Shown here: positions 1 through 9,110 of the stretch, one piece after another | Layout: each line of letters opens with the position of its first letter | Position numbering within the stretch: position 1 is the first letter of the stretch | The notes under the pieces: model-generated | What the model saw: the letters and a program-made list of their open reading frames with translations, nothing else | The model's database searches: none | What the model was told of the DNA's origin: nothing | Made by a program: the position numbers and the translations under genes | From: an uncultured Actinomycetes bacterium | GTDB lineage: Bacteria; Actinomycetota; JAICYB01 | Reading direction: 5' to 3' | NCBI GenBank assembly: GCA_964560135.1 | Contig: CAZLKN010000005.1 | Location: 18,731 to 82,730, forward strand | Length of the DNA: 64,000 bases

Positions 1-47
1 CGATCCTCGTCATCCGCGTGACCGGCTCGCCGGTCTAGACTTCCCCC

Positions 48-1430
48 ATGCGGACCGAGCTGCCCTTCGGCTCCACCACGGTCGCCGTCGACCTCCCCGA
101 CCACACGCTGCTCCCGTCGGCGGGGATCTCGGTCCCCCTGCCGGTGGTCGACGACCTGGCCCCCGAGATCACCACGGCCCTCACCGAGCCGCTCGACTCG
201 CCGCCGCTCCGCGAGCTGGCGCGGCCTGGGATGCGCGTGACGATCGCCTTCGACGACCCCACCGTCCAGCAGTACGCGCCGGTGTGGGAGACGGCGATCG
301 GCCTCGTACTGGCCGAGCTCGAAGCCGGCGGTGTCCGCCGCTCGGACGTGCGCCTGCTGTGCGCCAACGCCCTGCACCGCAAGTCGACCGCCGACGAGCT
401 CGCGAAGCTGATCGGCCCTGCGTTGGTGTCCGAGTTCGCCGACCGGTTGTCGTGCCACGACGCCGAGGACCCCGAGGGGCTCGTCCATCTCGGCACGACT
501 CCGTCCGGCTACCACGTCGAGCTGAACCGCGCCTGCGTGGACGACGACCTCACGATCTACGTGAACTGCTCCACCGTGCGCGGGTTCTCGGGCGGGTGGA
601 AGTCGATCTGCGTGGGGCTGTCCACCTTCCGGTCGATCCGCCACCACCACAATCCCGACGACATGTCGATGTCCACGGTGCGCAACCGGATGCACGAGAT
701 GCTGAACGAGATGGGCGCGCTCACCGTCGACAAGCTCGGCCCCCATCGCTTCTTCAAGCTCGAGACGGTGCAGGCCAACCCGCTCCAGGTGGCCCGGATC
801 TTCGGCGGGACGGTGGACGCCACCCGCGCCGCCGCGCTCGAGCTGATCCGTGCCCACCAGGCACCGCGCCGCGACCTCGTGGACGAGAAGGTCGACGTGG
901 TCGTCTACGGGATCCCCGACTGGAGCCCGTACGCCGCCTTCTCGCACACCAACCCGATCCTCACGCTGGTGTCGACCGGGCTCGGCTACCTCGGCGGGGT
1001 GATCGAGGCCTTCGGCAAGCCGGGGTGCACGGTCGTGCTGGCCACGCCCGCCCCCGACCGCTGGGACGACCGTCACCATCCCTCCTACCGCGAGGTGTGG
1101 GACCGGGTGCTGTCGTCCACCCGGGATCCCTACGAGGCGCGGGAGCGCTTCGAGGACGATTTCGCCTCACGGCCCGAGTACATCGACGCCTACCGCAACG
1201 GCTACGGCTTCCACGGCGTCCACGGGATCATGGCCACCTTCCCGCTCAAGCGGCTGCGCCACGCGGGCCGGGTGTTCGTCGCGGGGGCCGAAGACGAGTC
1301 GGTGCCGCGGCACCTGGGCTTCGAGCCCTTCGCCACCGTGGAGGACGCGGTGGCGGAAGCGACGGCGATCCACGGCCCGGACGCGTCGATCGCCTGCGTC
1401 CGCTACCCCCAGGCCGTCAACCGGGCCTAG
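48..1430 (+). CDS. LarA-like protein (lactate racemase N-terminal domain / DUF2088 family)
   Basis: 460-aa ORF with strong GC3 bias; N-terminal region resembles the LarA_N fold family from memory; no larB/C/E partners in the window. Confidence 0.5.
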   Translation: MRTELPFGSTTVAVDLPDHTLLPSAGISVPLPVVDDLAPEITTALTEPLDSPPLRELARPGMRVTIAFDDPTVQQYAPVWETAIGLVLAELEAGGVRRSDVRLLCANALHRKSTADELAKLIGPALVSEFADRLSCHDAEDPEGLVHLGTTPSGYHVELNRACVDDDLTIYVNCSTVRGFSGGWKSICVGLSTFRSIRHHHNPDDMSMSTVRNRMHEMLNEMGALTVDKLGPHRFFKLETVQANPLQVARIFGGTVDATRAAALELIRAHQAPRRDLVDEKVDVVVYGIPDWSPYAAFSHTNPILTLVSTGLGYLGGVIEAFGKPGCTVVLATPAPDRWDDRHHPSYREVWDRVLSSTRDPYEARERFEDDFASRPEYIDAYRNGYGFHGVHGIMATFPLKRLRHAGRVFVAGAEDESVPRHLGFEPFATVEDAVAEATAIHGPDASIACVRYPQAVNRA

Positions 1431-2665
1431 TCCTCGCCGGCCACCGGAACCTGCGGGGGCCGCGTCAGGGTTGCGATGTGCGCGGCCAGCCACGTCGTGA
1501 TCGGGACGGAGGCCACGAGCCCGATGCTGCCCACGAGCGTGCGGACGATCTCCGTGGCCACGATCTCCTCGTTGGCCACGGTGGCCAGGGGCTGCTCGGA
1601 GATGACGAAGAACAGCAGCAGCGGCAGCGAGGCACCGGCGTAGGCGAGCAGCAGCGTGTTCACGGTCGCGGCGATGTGGTCGCGGCCGATCTTGAGGGCC
1701 GAGCCAAACAGGCGGCCGGCCGGCAGCTCGGGGTTGGCGGCGCGCAGCTCCCACACCGCGGAGGCCTGCGTGACGGTGACGTCGTCGAGCGCGCCGAGGG
1801 CACCGATCACCACGCCCGCCAGGATGAGCCCGGAGGCATCCACGGTGCCGACGGAGAGCTGGATCAGGATCGCCTCCTCGCTGGCGAAGCCGGAGAGCTG
1901 CGCCAGGGCGACGAAGATGCTCGCGAGCACGGCCGTGAGGGCGAGGCTCGTCAGGGTGCCGAGCAGCGCCACGCTGGTCATGTGGTTGAACCCGTGGGCG
2001 AGGTACAGGGTGCCGAAGGCGATCGCCGCCGAACCAACGATGGCGACGAACAGCGGTGAGCGTCCGCCGAGGATCGCGGGGAGGACGAAGGCCAGCAGGA
2101 TCACGATGGTCACGGTGAGGCCCCCGAGCGCGTACAGGCCGCGGAGGCGTCCGAGGCCCACCACGGCCAGCGCGAAGATCACCGCCAGCCAGAAGAGCAC
2201 CGGCTTGCGCTGGCGGTCGAAGAACGAGTAGCGGAACTCGGGCGGGGCGGTCTCCTCGTAGCCGAGGACGACCTTGTCGCCGACGTCGAGGTCGGGGGTG
2301 CTCGGCGACTCGGGCATGACGAGTGTGGTGCTGTCCCCGCTGTCGGGGCCGGCCAGCAGGCGGAAGGTGAAGAGCACGCAGAAGCCCTGGATGCCCTCCT
2401 CGGCCTCGGCCTCCCCCGGACAGGCACCGAAGTCGACCTCGGTGACCTCGGCGTCGAACTGGGGGCCGGTGACGCCGACGCGTCCGACGTCGGATGTGAC
2501 GTCCGGGCCCGGACGCAGCACCACCATCCCGATCACGGTGAGCACGCCGAGGACCACCGCGACGCCGGTGATCAGCCGTCCGGTGCGCCGGGGGACCTCG
2601 AGGGTGTGGGCATGGCTGTGCTGGTGGGCCACGGGGTCATGGTGGCACAGGGCTGGTCCGATCAA
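1427..2665 (-). CDS. YibE/F family integral membrane protein
   Basis: 412-aa ORF, multiple TM helices, His-rich N-terminus, soluble N-domain followed by polytopic region typical of YibE/F. Confidence 0.6.
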   Translation of the reverse strand: MIGPALCHHDPVAHQHSHAHTLEVPRRTGRLITGVAVVLGVLTVIGMVVLRPGPDVTSDVGRVGVTGPQFDAEVTEVDFGACPGEAEAEEGIQGFCVLFTFRLLAGPDSGDSTTLVMPESPSTPDLDVGDKVVLGYEETAPPEFRYSFFDRQRKPVLFWLAVIFALAVVGLGRLRGLYALGGLTVTIVILLAFVLPAILGGRSPLFVAIVGSAAIAFGTLYLAHGFNHMTSVALLGTLTSLALTAVLASIFVALAQLSGFASEEAILIQLSVGTVDASGLILAGVVIGALGALDDVTVTQASAVWELRAANPELPAGRLFGSALKIGRDHIAATVNTLLLAYAGASLPLLLFFVISEQPLATVANEEIVATEIVRTLVGSIGLVASVPITTWLAAHIATLTRPPQVPVAGED

Positions 2666-2689
2666 GAAGCAACATCGTCAAGGACCAGT

Positions 2690-2704
2690 TGACAATCATT
2701 CTCA
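2690..2704. promoter_or_regulatory. Zur-box-like 7-1-7 palindrome TGACAAT-C-ATTCTCA overlapping a perfect TTGACA -35 hexamer, about 48 nt upstream of the metal ABC transporter
   Basis: Seen directly: inverted repeat in an AT-richer island of a 70% GC sequence; resembles the actinobacterial Zur operator (TGAAAATCATTTTCA-like). Confidence 0.4.
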
Positions 2705-2751
2705 TTCTCGGCATCCTCTGAGCGTTCACTTCCGAAGCCTCGAGGAGCCGT

Positions 2752-3687
2752 GTGATGCGACGACCGTGGGCCGCCCTGGCCGTGCTCCTCCTGGTCCTGG
2801 CCGCCGGCTGCGGCACCGACGGGCCCGCCGCCCAGCCCGCGGCCGGTGTCGAGGTACGCGCGGCCACCACCCTCTACCCGTTCGCCTGGCTGGCCGAGCA
2901 GGTCGCACCGGAGGCCGAGGTCGTCCAGCTCGCAGAGGCCGGAGCCGCCGACGCCCACGACGTGCAGCTCTCCCCCGCCGAGCTCCAGACGCTGCTCTCC
3001 GCCGACGTGGTGGTGCACGTCGGCGAGATCGGCTACCAGCCCCAGGTGGAGCGATCCCTGGGCGACGCCCGGGGCACCGTGATAGCAGCGATCGACCACG
3101 TCGATCCGCTCCCGCTGACCTCCCCCCACGACCACGACGACCAAGCGGAGGAAGACGGCCCCGACCCTCACATCTGGCACTCCCCCGCGGCCATGGCGGC
3201 GGTCGCCGCCGAGCTGGCCCGCGTGCTGGCCGGCATCGATCCCGACCGCGCCGACGACTACCGCGCCAACGCCGAGCGCGTCATCGCGGAGCTCGAGGCC
3301 CTGGAGGCGGAGGCCAATGCGGCGCTGTCCGACTGCAGGCTGGACGAGGTGGTGGTCAGCCACCCGGGCTACACCTACCTGCTCACCCCGCGCGGCATCG
3401 CGCAGGAGGCCATCACCGGCGGCGAAGGCCACGGCGAGCCGTCCCCGCAGCGTCTGAGCGCCCTGGCCCGCGAGATCCGGGAGCACGGCCATCCCGCCGT
3501 CGTCGCCGAGCCGGTGGAGGGTCGCGCCGCCGCCGAGTCCCTGGCCCGGGAGACCGGGGTGGAGCTCGGTGAGGTGCTCCCGCTCGGCACCGTGACCCCC
3601 GAGGAGGCCGCCCGGGGCTACCCGGCCCTCGTGCGCGCCAACGTCGCCGTCTTCGCCCGCGCGCTGTCGTGCCCCGGCGCGGAGTAG
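2752..3687 (+). CDS. Metal ABC transporter substrate-binding lipoprotein (ZnuA/TroA family)
   Basis: 311 aa; signal peptide plus lipobox LAAGC; His/Asp-rich central loop (HDHDDQAEEDGPDPH) typical of Zn-binding ZnuA. Confidence 0.8.
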   Translation: MMRRPWAALAVLLLVLAAGCGTDGPAAQPAAGVEVRAATTLYPFAWLAEQVAPEAEVVQLAEAGAADAHDVQLSPAELQTLLSADVVVHVGEIGYQPQVERSLGDARGTVIAAIDHVDPLPLTSPHDHDDQAEEDGPDPHIWHSPAAMAAVAAELARVLAGIDPDRADDYRANAERVIAELEALEAEANAALSDCRLDEVVVSHPGYTYLLTPRGIAQEAITGGEGHGEPSPQRLSALAREIREHGHPAVVAEPVEGRAAAESLARETGVELGEVLPLGTVTPEEAARGYPALVRANVAVFARALSCPGAE

Positions 3688-4409
3688 GCTTCCAGACGAT
3701 GGACGCACGGCCGGTCTTTGAGCTCGCCGGCCTCACGGTCACACGAGGCGGCCACACGGTCCTGCGGGACGTCGACCTGTGCCTGCACGCCGCCGAGATG
3801 GTGGTGCTCGTCGGACCGAACGGATCGGGCAAATCGAGCCTGATCCAGGCCGCCCTCGGACTGCTTCCGGCCGCCGGCGGCGAGGTCCGCCTGTTCGGGG
3901 TGCCCGTCCGGCGCTTCGACCAGTGGCACCGGGTCGGCTACGTCCCGCAGCGCGCCTCGGCCCGCACGCCGCTGCCGGTGAGCGTGGCGGAGGCCGTCCG
4001 CACGGGGCTGGCCGGACGCCGTCCGAAGCGCGACAAGCGCGCCGAGCAGGCCCGCATCGACCACGTGCTGGACATCCTCGGGCTCACCGAGCTGTACCGG
4101 CGGCGCGTCTCGGAGCTGTCGGGCGGCGAGCAGCAGCGCGTCCTGATCGCCCGGGCTCTGGCCACCGGACCCGAGCTGCTGTTCCTCGACGAGCCCACCA
4201 CCGGGGTGGACGCCCACACCCGGGCGGTGTTCCGCGAGGCGCTGGAGCATCTCGTCCGCGACGAGCGCGTGGCCGTGGTCTACGTGAGTCACGACCCGGA
4301 CGTCTTCGACGGGCTCGTCGACCGCACCGTGGAGCTCGGCGGCGGACGGATCGCCGCCGACAGCCACGGGCACAGCTTCCACACCTCCCCCCACCCCCAG
4401 CGGCCGTGA
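3669..4409 (+). CDS. Metal ABC transporter ATP-binding protein (ZnuC-like)
   Basis: Walker A GPNGSGKS, signature LSGGEQQR, Walker B LLFLDEP; start may be the GTG at 3669 or the ATG at 3699. Confidence 0.85.
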   Translation: MPRRGVGFQTMDARPVFELAGLTVTRGGHTVLRDVDLCLHAAEMVVLVGPNGSGKSSLIQAALGLLPAAGGEVRLFGVPVRRFDQWHRVGYVPQRASARTPLPVSVAEAVRTGLAGRRPKRDKRAEQARIDHVLDILGLTELYRRRVSELSGGEQQRVLIARALATGPELLFLDEPTTGVDAHTRAVFREALEHLVRDERVAVVYVSHDPDVFDGLVDRTVELGGGRIAADSHGHSFHTSPHPQRP

Positions 4410-5203
4410 TCGAGCTTCTCGGCGAAGGCTTCATCCACCGGGCGCTGGTGGCCACGGTGCTCGTGGGGGCCACCGCACCGGTGGTGGGCAGCTTCGCGGT
4501 GCAGCGGGGGCAGAGCCTGATCGGCGACGGCGTCGGCCACGTCGCCTTCGCCGGCGTGGGCCTCGCCTTCCTCGCCGGACTGGCGCCGCTGTGGGGCGCC
4601 CTCGGCCTTGCGGTGGTGGCCGCCGTGATCCTGCACGTGCTGCAACGCCAGGGTCTCGCCGGTGACGTCGCCCTGGCCGTGATCTTCTATTCGGGCATCG
4701 CCGCCGGCTACCTGTTCGCCGCCCGCGCCGGCGCCGCGGGGGCGGGGCTGCTCGGGATCCTGTTCGGCAGCCCGCTCACGCTCACCTGGGGCGAGGTCGG
4801 CGTGGTCGGTGCCCTGGCGGTGGCCGTGATGACCACCGTCGTGGTGCTCCGGGCGCCGTTGATCGCGATGGCCTTCGACCCCGACGCCGCCCGCGTCACC
4901 GGCGTGAAGGTCGACCGCCTCGCCCTCGGACTCACGATCCTCGTCGCACTCGTCGTGGTGGGGGGCATGGCCTCGGTCGGGATCCTGCTCGTGGGGGCCC
5001 TGATGGTCATCCCCGTGGCCGCCGCGGCCCGCCTCGCCTCCTCCTACCGGGGGACGCTGCTCGTGGCCGCCGCGATCGGGGGCCTGAGCGGGGTGCTGGG
5101 CCTGGGCGCGGCGGTGGCCTTCGACACCGCTCCGGGCCCGTCGGTGGTCCTGGTGTCCGTCGTCCTCTACGCGCTCGTGGCGACCTTGAAACGCAGCCGC
5201 TAG
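4406..5203 (+). CDS. Metal ABC transporter permease (ZnuB-like)
   Basis: About 266 aa polytopic membrane protein; GTG start overlaps the ZnuC stop (GTGA); the 474-aa track ORF from 3779 is an N-terminal shadow extension. Confidence 0.8.
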   Translation: MIELLGEGFIHRALVATVLVGATAPVVGSFAVQRGQSLIGDGVGHVAFAGVGLAFLAGLAPLWGALGLAVVAAVILHVLQRQGLAGDVALAVIFYSGIAAGYLFAARAGAAGAGLLGILFGSPLTLTWGEVGVVGALAVAVMTTVVVLRAPLIAMAFDPDAARVTGVKVDRLALGLTILVALVVVGGMASVGILLVGALMVIPVAAAARLASSYRGTLLVAAAIGGLSGVLGLGAAVAFDTAPGPSVVLVSVVLYALVATLKRSR

Positions 5204-5646
5204 AAGTACAGACGCGACAGCGTCTCAGCCACGCAGGCCGGCTTCTCGCTGCCCTCGAGCTCCACGGTCACCTCGGCCTTGAGCTGCACGCCGCCGGTGA
5301 CCTCCTTGACCTCGACGAGCTTGCGACGGGCCCGGATCCGCGAACCCACCGGCACCGGCGAGATGAACCGCGCCCGGTCGAGGCCGTAGTTGATGCCCAT
5401 CTTCACGCCCTCGACGGGGATCCCGCCGCCCCCCACGAGGGCCGGGATCAGCGAGAGCGTGAGGAACCCGTGGGCGATGGTCGTGCCGAAGGGGCTGTCC
5501 TTGGCGCGTTCGGGATCGACGTGGATCCACTGGTGGTCGTCGGTGGCGTCGGCGAAGCGGTCGATGCGCTCCTGGGTGATCTCCATCCACTCGCCCACGC
5601 CGAGCTCCTGCCCCACCATCGACTGCAGGTCCTCCTTGACGCCCAC
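5200..5646 (-). CDS. MaoC-like (hotdog fold) dehydratase
   Basis: 148-aa C-terminal part of the 376-aa track ORF; GAAGGAGG RBS then GTG start; hotdog motif region HGFLTLSL...GINYG. Confidence 0.7.
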   Translation of the reverse strand: MGVKEDLQSMVGQELGVGEWMEITQERIDRFADATDDHQWIHVDPERAKDSPFGTTIAHGFLTLSLIPALVGGGGIPVEGVKMGINYGLDRARFISPVPVGSRIRARRKLVEVKEVTGGVQLKAEVTVELEGSEKPACVAETLSRLYF

Positions 5647-5728
5647 GGTGCCTCCTTCGTCTCGGCGGTCGTGGCCATCGTAGGCGAGCCGTTCGGCCGT
5701 CGGCCATCTGGAGTAGGTTCGGCGTGCC

Positions 5729-6661
5729 ATGGAACCCGGACGACACGCGGCCGCCGAGGTGCACGGGCACGACCACGCCCGCGGGGTGGTGATCGTGGGC
5801 CTCGGGGTGCTCGTCCTCAGCCCGGATGCGCTGCTGATCCGTCTCGTGGACGCCGGCGCCTGGGACGTCCTGTTCTGGCGGACGGGTCTCTCCGCCCTGG
5901 CGCTCCTCGGGGTCGTCGCCGTGTCCAGCAACGGACGCGTCGGACGGGCCATCCGGACGATGGGTCGTCCCGGCGTGGTGTCGACGCTGCTCTTCTGCTT
6001 CAGCACCATCATGTTCGTCTCCGCGATCGTGCACACCGAGATCGCCAACGCCCTGGCGATCCTCAGCACCGCGCCGATCTTCGCCGGGGTCTTCGGCCGG
6101 GTGTTCACCGGCGAGTGGGTGGCGCTGCGGACCTGGCTCGCGATCCCCGTGACCCTGGCGGGCGTCGCGCTGATCTTCGCCGGCTCCATCGAGCGGACGG
6201 GCATCCTCGGCGAAGCCTTCGCCCTCGGCTGCGCCATGAGCACGGGTGCGAACCTGGTGGTGCTCCGGCGCGCGCGGGCCACGGACATGATCCCCTCGAT
6301 CTGCCTCGGCTCGGGTCTGGCCTGCCTCATCTCGCTGCCGCTGGCGTCGGTCCCCTTCGCGCTGGAGCCCGCCGACTACGCGATCCTCGCGGCGATGGGG
6401 GCCGTCCAGATCCCGCTGTCGATGGTGCTGATCCTCGTCGTCGGGACGCGCTACCTGCCGGCGGCCGAGGTGGGGCTGCTGATGCTGGTGGAGACGGTCC
6501 TCGGCCCCCTGCTGGCCTGGCTGGTCGTCAACGAACGCCCGACGAACCTCGCCCTCACGGGCGTCGCCGTCGTGATCGGAACGCTCCTGGTCCACACCGC
6601 CCTGGGGGTCCGGGAGACCCGCCGCGGGCGCGATCAGCAGATCCCCCGCCCTCCACGCTGA
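5729..6661 (+). CDS. DMT (EamA) family transporter
   Basis: 310 aa, 10 TM helices in two repeated halves. Confidence 0.75.
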   Translation: MEPGRHAAAEVHGHDHARGVVIVGLGVLVLSPDALLIRLVDAGAWDVLFWRTGLSALALLGVVAVSSNGRVGRAIRTMGRPGVVSTLLFCFSTIMFVSAIVHTEIANALAILSTAPIFAGVFGRVFTGEWVALRTWLAIPVTLAGVALIFAGSIERTGILGEAFALGCAMSTGANLVVLRRARATDMIPSICLGSGLACLISLPLASVPFALEPADYAILAAMGAVQIPLSMVLILVVGTRYLPAAEVGLLMLVETVLGPLLAWLVVNERPTNLALTGVAVVIGTLLVHTALGVRETRRGRDQQIPRPPR

Positions 6662-6709
6662 CGGGCAATCGGAGCAGGAAGGCCCCCGGCCCCCGGCGAA
6701 GTCTCCGGC

Positions 6710-7621
6710 ATGAGCCGGACACGGTCACTTCTGCGCGGGGCTTGCCTGCTTCTCCTCGCGGCCCTCGTCGCCGTACCCTTGGCCCCCGTGGGAGCCCATC
6801 AGAGCGAACCGGCGGTCTACGCCCACCGGGGCGGCGCCGGCTTGTATCCCGAGAACACGCTCGGCGCCTTCCGCGCCGCCCACGACCGCTGGGGTGAGCG
6901 CGGCGTGTGGCTCGAGATGGACTCCTACGTCGCCCTCGACGGAGAGCTCGTGATCATCCACGACGAGATGCTCGACCGCACGACCGACTGCACTGGGCCC
7001 GTCACCGAGAAGACCTCCGACGAGCTCCAGGACTGCGACGCCGCCCACCACGACGCCGACTGGCCCGACCACGAACCCGTCCCCCGGGCCCGGGATGTCC
7101 TCACCGAAGGCATCGACGCGGGCTGGCGGATCCTGTTCGAGTTGAAGAACATCCCCGGCGAGGGCAGCTTCGACCCGGTGGGATCGAGTTTCGCCCAGCC
7201 CATGGCCGACCTCCTGGCCGACACGGAGTTCCCGCCGGACCGGATCGTCGTCCAGTCCTTCTGGCCCCCGACCCTCGATCGCGTGAAGGAGCTCGTGCCC
7301 GGCATCCGCACGGCGCTGCTCACGACCTCGCAGCTCCCGGGGGCCCCGCCGGCCGTCGGCTTCTGGGCCCACCAGAACGCCGTCTACTCGACCGCGAACG
7401 GCTACGACGTCGTCGCCCCCGACCACACGAGCCCGGATCTGGACCACGACACCGTGACCGCGATCCAGAGCCTCGGCAAGCAGGTCGTCCTCTGGACGGT
7501 CAACGCTCCCTGCGACATCCTCCGCGCGCACCGCTGGGGCGTGGACGGGATCATCTCCGACCGCCCCGACCTGGTCTACGACGCGATCGACGGCAACCTC
7601 GCCTGCATCATCACCCCGTAG
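6710..7621 (+). CDS. Secreted glycerophosphodiester phosphodiesterase (GDPD) family protein
   Basis: Signal peptide; HRG motif near the N-terminus (AHRGGAGLYPENTL) and E..D catalytic residues typical of the GDPD family. Confidence 0.75.
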   Translation: MSRTRSLLRGACLLLLAALVAVPLAPVGAHQSEPAVYAHRGGAGLYPENTLGAFRAAHDRWGERGVWLEMDSYVALDGELVIIHDEMLDRTTDCTGPVTEKTSDELQDCDAAHHDADWPDHEPVPRARDVLTEGIDAGWRILFELKNIPGEGSFDPVGSSFAQPMADLLADTEFPPDRIVVQSFWPPTLDRVKELVPGIRTALLTTSQLPGAPPAVGFWAHQNAVYSTANGYDVVAPDHTSPDLDHDTVTAIQSLGKQVVLWTVNAPCDILRAHRWGVDGIISDRPDLVYDAIDGNLACIITP

Positions 7622-9038
7622 CGTCGGCGTCCTTCAGCAGGACGTTCGCCGGAGTGGCTTCGCGGATCTGCTCGGGGGTGGGCGGGGGCGGGTTGCGGAC
7701 CTCCTCGGGGAGCAGCGCCGAGATCGCGTCCATCACCTGCCGGGTGAGGTCCTCGAGGATCTCCTTGTCCCCCTCGCGGCCCTCGGGGGCCTTCAGGTAC
7801 ATCGGCTCCCCCGCACGGGCGTGGACCGCCGTCCGCGTCACGAGCTCCCCCACCTTCGGCACCCGGCTGGAGCGCGGCCACACCTTCTCGGTGTCCCACA
7901 GCGCTACCGGGATCACCGGCACGCCGGTGGCCAGAGCGAGGCGCACCACGCCGGTCCGGCCGCGCAGCTGCGGCTGGAAGAACTCATGCCCCCGGGGGAT
8001 CGTCCCCTGCGGGAAGATGCCGACGGCCTCGCCCCGCTCCAGGGCGTCGACGGCCTCCTTGAGCGGACGCGCCTCGCCCGTCCCCCGGTGGACCCGGATC
8101 TGGTTGAGGGCCCGGGCCAGGTGCCCGATCACCGGCGCGTCGAAGACCTCCTTCTTGCCGAGGTAGCGCAGCTTGCGGCCCCGGCGGCTCGCCACCGACG
8201 CGAGCACCACCGGGTCGAGATACGAGCGGTGGTTCGCCGCCACGATGCATGGGCCCTCCGGTGGGATGCGTTCCACGTCCTCGGCGGCGATGTTCACCGG
8301 CGACAGCAGCGGGTGCGCGATCGCACGCACCAGGTCGTAGGGCTCGCGGGCGGCCTTCGGCCCGTCGGGACGCCCCTTGAACTCCAGCACCGGCCAGCCC
8401 TTGTGGACGGCGTAGGCGCGCAACAGCGGATCCGGGTTCACCGGACGGGGGAAGCCCACCATCTCCAGCAGGTGCCGGTCGTAGTAGGAGTCGGAGTAGG
8501 CGTGGGACTCCGACAGGTCGACCCCTTCCCGGTCGGCCCACGCCTTCACCGCGTCGGCCTTGTCCGGCCCCCAGAGCCACTTGCCGAGTAGGTTCCCGGT
8601 GAACTTCCCGTCCTCCTCCTCGTACTCGCTGGCGATCAGGTGGTCGATGCCGAGGTGCTCGGCCAGCGGCTCGATGAACTCCCGCCCGGTGCTCGTGGCG
8701 ATGCAGATCAGATCGCCGTCGTCACGGTGACGGCGGATCAGCGTCCGGGCCTCCTCGTAGACGGCGGCGTCGAGCCGCTCCACGCTGCGCCGGGCCGCCT
8801 CGCGCAGGTCCTCGACCGACCATCCGGCGATCCGGCTGATGCTCGCGCGGGTGGCCTTCATCCCGATCCAGGTCTCCCCGACGAACCGGTAGGCGCGCCG
8901 GGTGACGTCGGCGACCCTGCGGTCGCGGTCGGACATCAGCCCGAGATCGACCAGCGCCTCCACCACGAGCAGGCCCGACGAGTCCCCGAGCAGCGTCCGG
9001 TCGAGATCGAAGATCGCCGCCGCACGCGTGCCTGCCAT
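7611..9038 (-). CDS. HAD-IB family phosphatase fused to lysophospholipid (PlsC-type) acyltransferase
   Basis: N-terminal DLDRTL HAD motif I; C-terminal acyltransferase HRSYLD (HX4D) and FPQGT motifs; GGGAGGA RBS before the ATG at 9038; the upstream part of the 932-aa track ORF is an N-terminal shadow extension. Confidence 0.8.
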   Translation of the reverse strand: MAGTRAAAIFDLDRTLLGDSSGLLVVEALVDLGLMSDRDRRVADVTRRAYRFVGETWIGMKATRASISRIAGWSVEDLREAARRSVERLDAAVYEEARTLIRRHRDDGDLICIATSTGREFIEPLAEHLGIDHLIASEYEEEDGKFTGNLLGKWLWGPDKADAVKAWADREGVDLSESHAYSDSYYDRHLLEMVGFPRPVNPDPLLRAYAVHKGWPVLEFKGRPDGPKAAREPYDLVRAIAHPLLSPVNIAAEDVERIPPEGPCIVAANHRSYLDPVVLASVASRRGRKLRYLGKKEVFDAPVIGHLARALNQIRVHRGTGEARPLKEAVDALERGEAVGIFPQGTIPRGHEFFQPQLRGRTGVVRLALATGVPVIPVALWDTEKVWPRSSRVPKVGELVTRTAVHARAGEPMYLKAPEGREGDKEILEDLTRQVMDAISALLPEEVRNPPPPTPEQIREATPANVLLKDADATG

Positions 9039-9110
9039 GCCCCCATCCTCCCACGCCCGGCCCCCGGGGGGCGAAGCGTGCCCGGGGGCCGTCGTCGTAG
9101 ACTCGGCGGC

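Noticed and set aside
284-2059. 591-aa plus-strand ORF rich in Arg/Gly/Pro/Asp
   Set aside because: Shadow ORF created by high GC. It overlaps well-supported genes (LarA-like, YibE/F) in other frames and has protein-unlike composition.
3779-4405. 5' part of the 474-aa track ORF preceding the ZnuB-like permease
   Set aside because: It overlaps the ZnuC-like ATPase gene in another frame. The permease more plausibly starts at the GTG at 4406 overlapping the ZnuC stop.
5225-6897. 456-aa minus ORF (5225..6595) and 475-aa plus ORF (5470..6897)
   Set aside because: Low-complexity Arg/Gly/Asp/His translations overlapping the MaoC and DMT genes. GC-frame artefacts.
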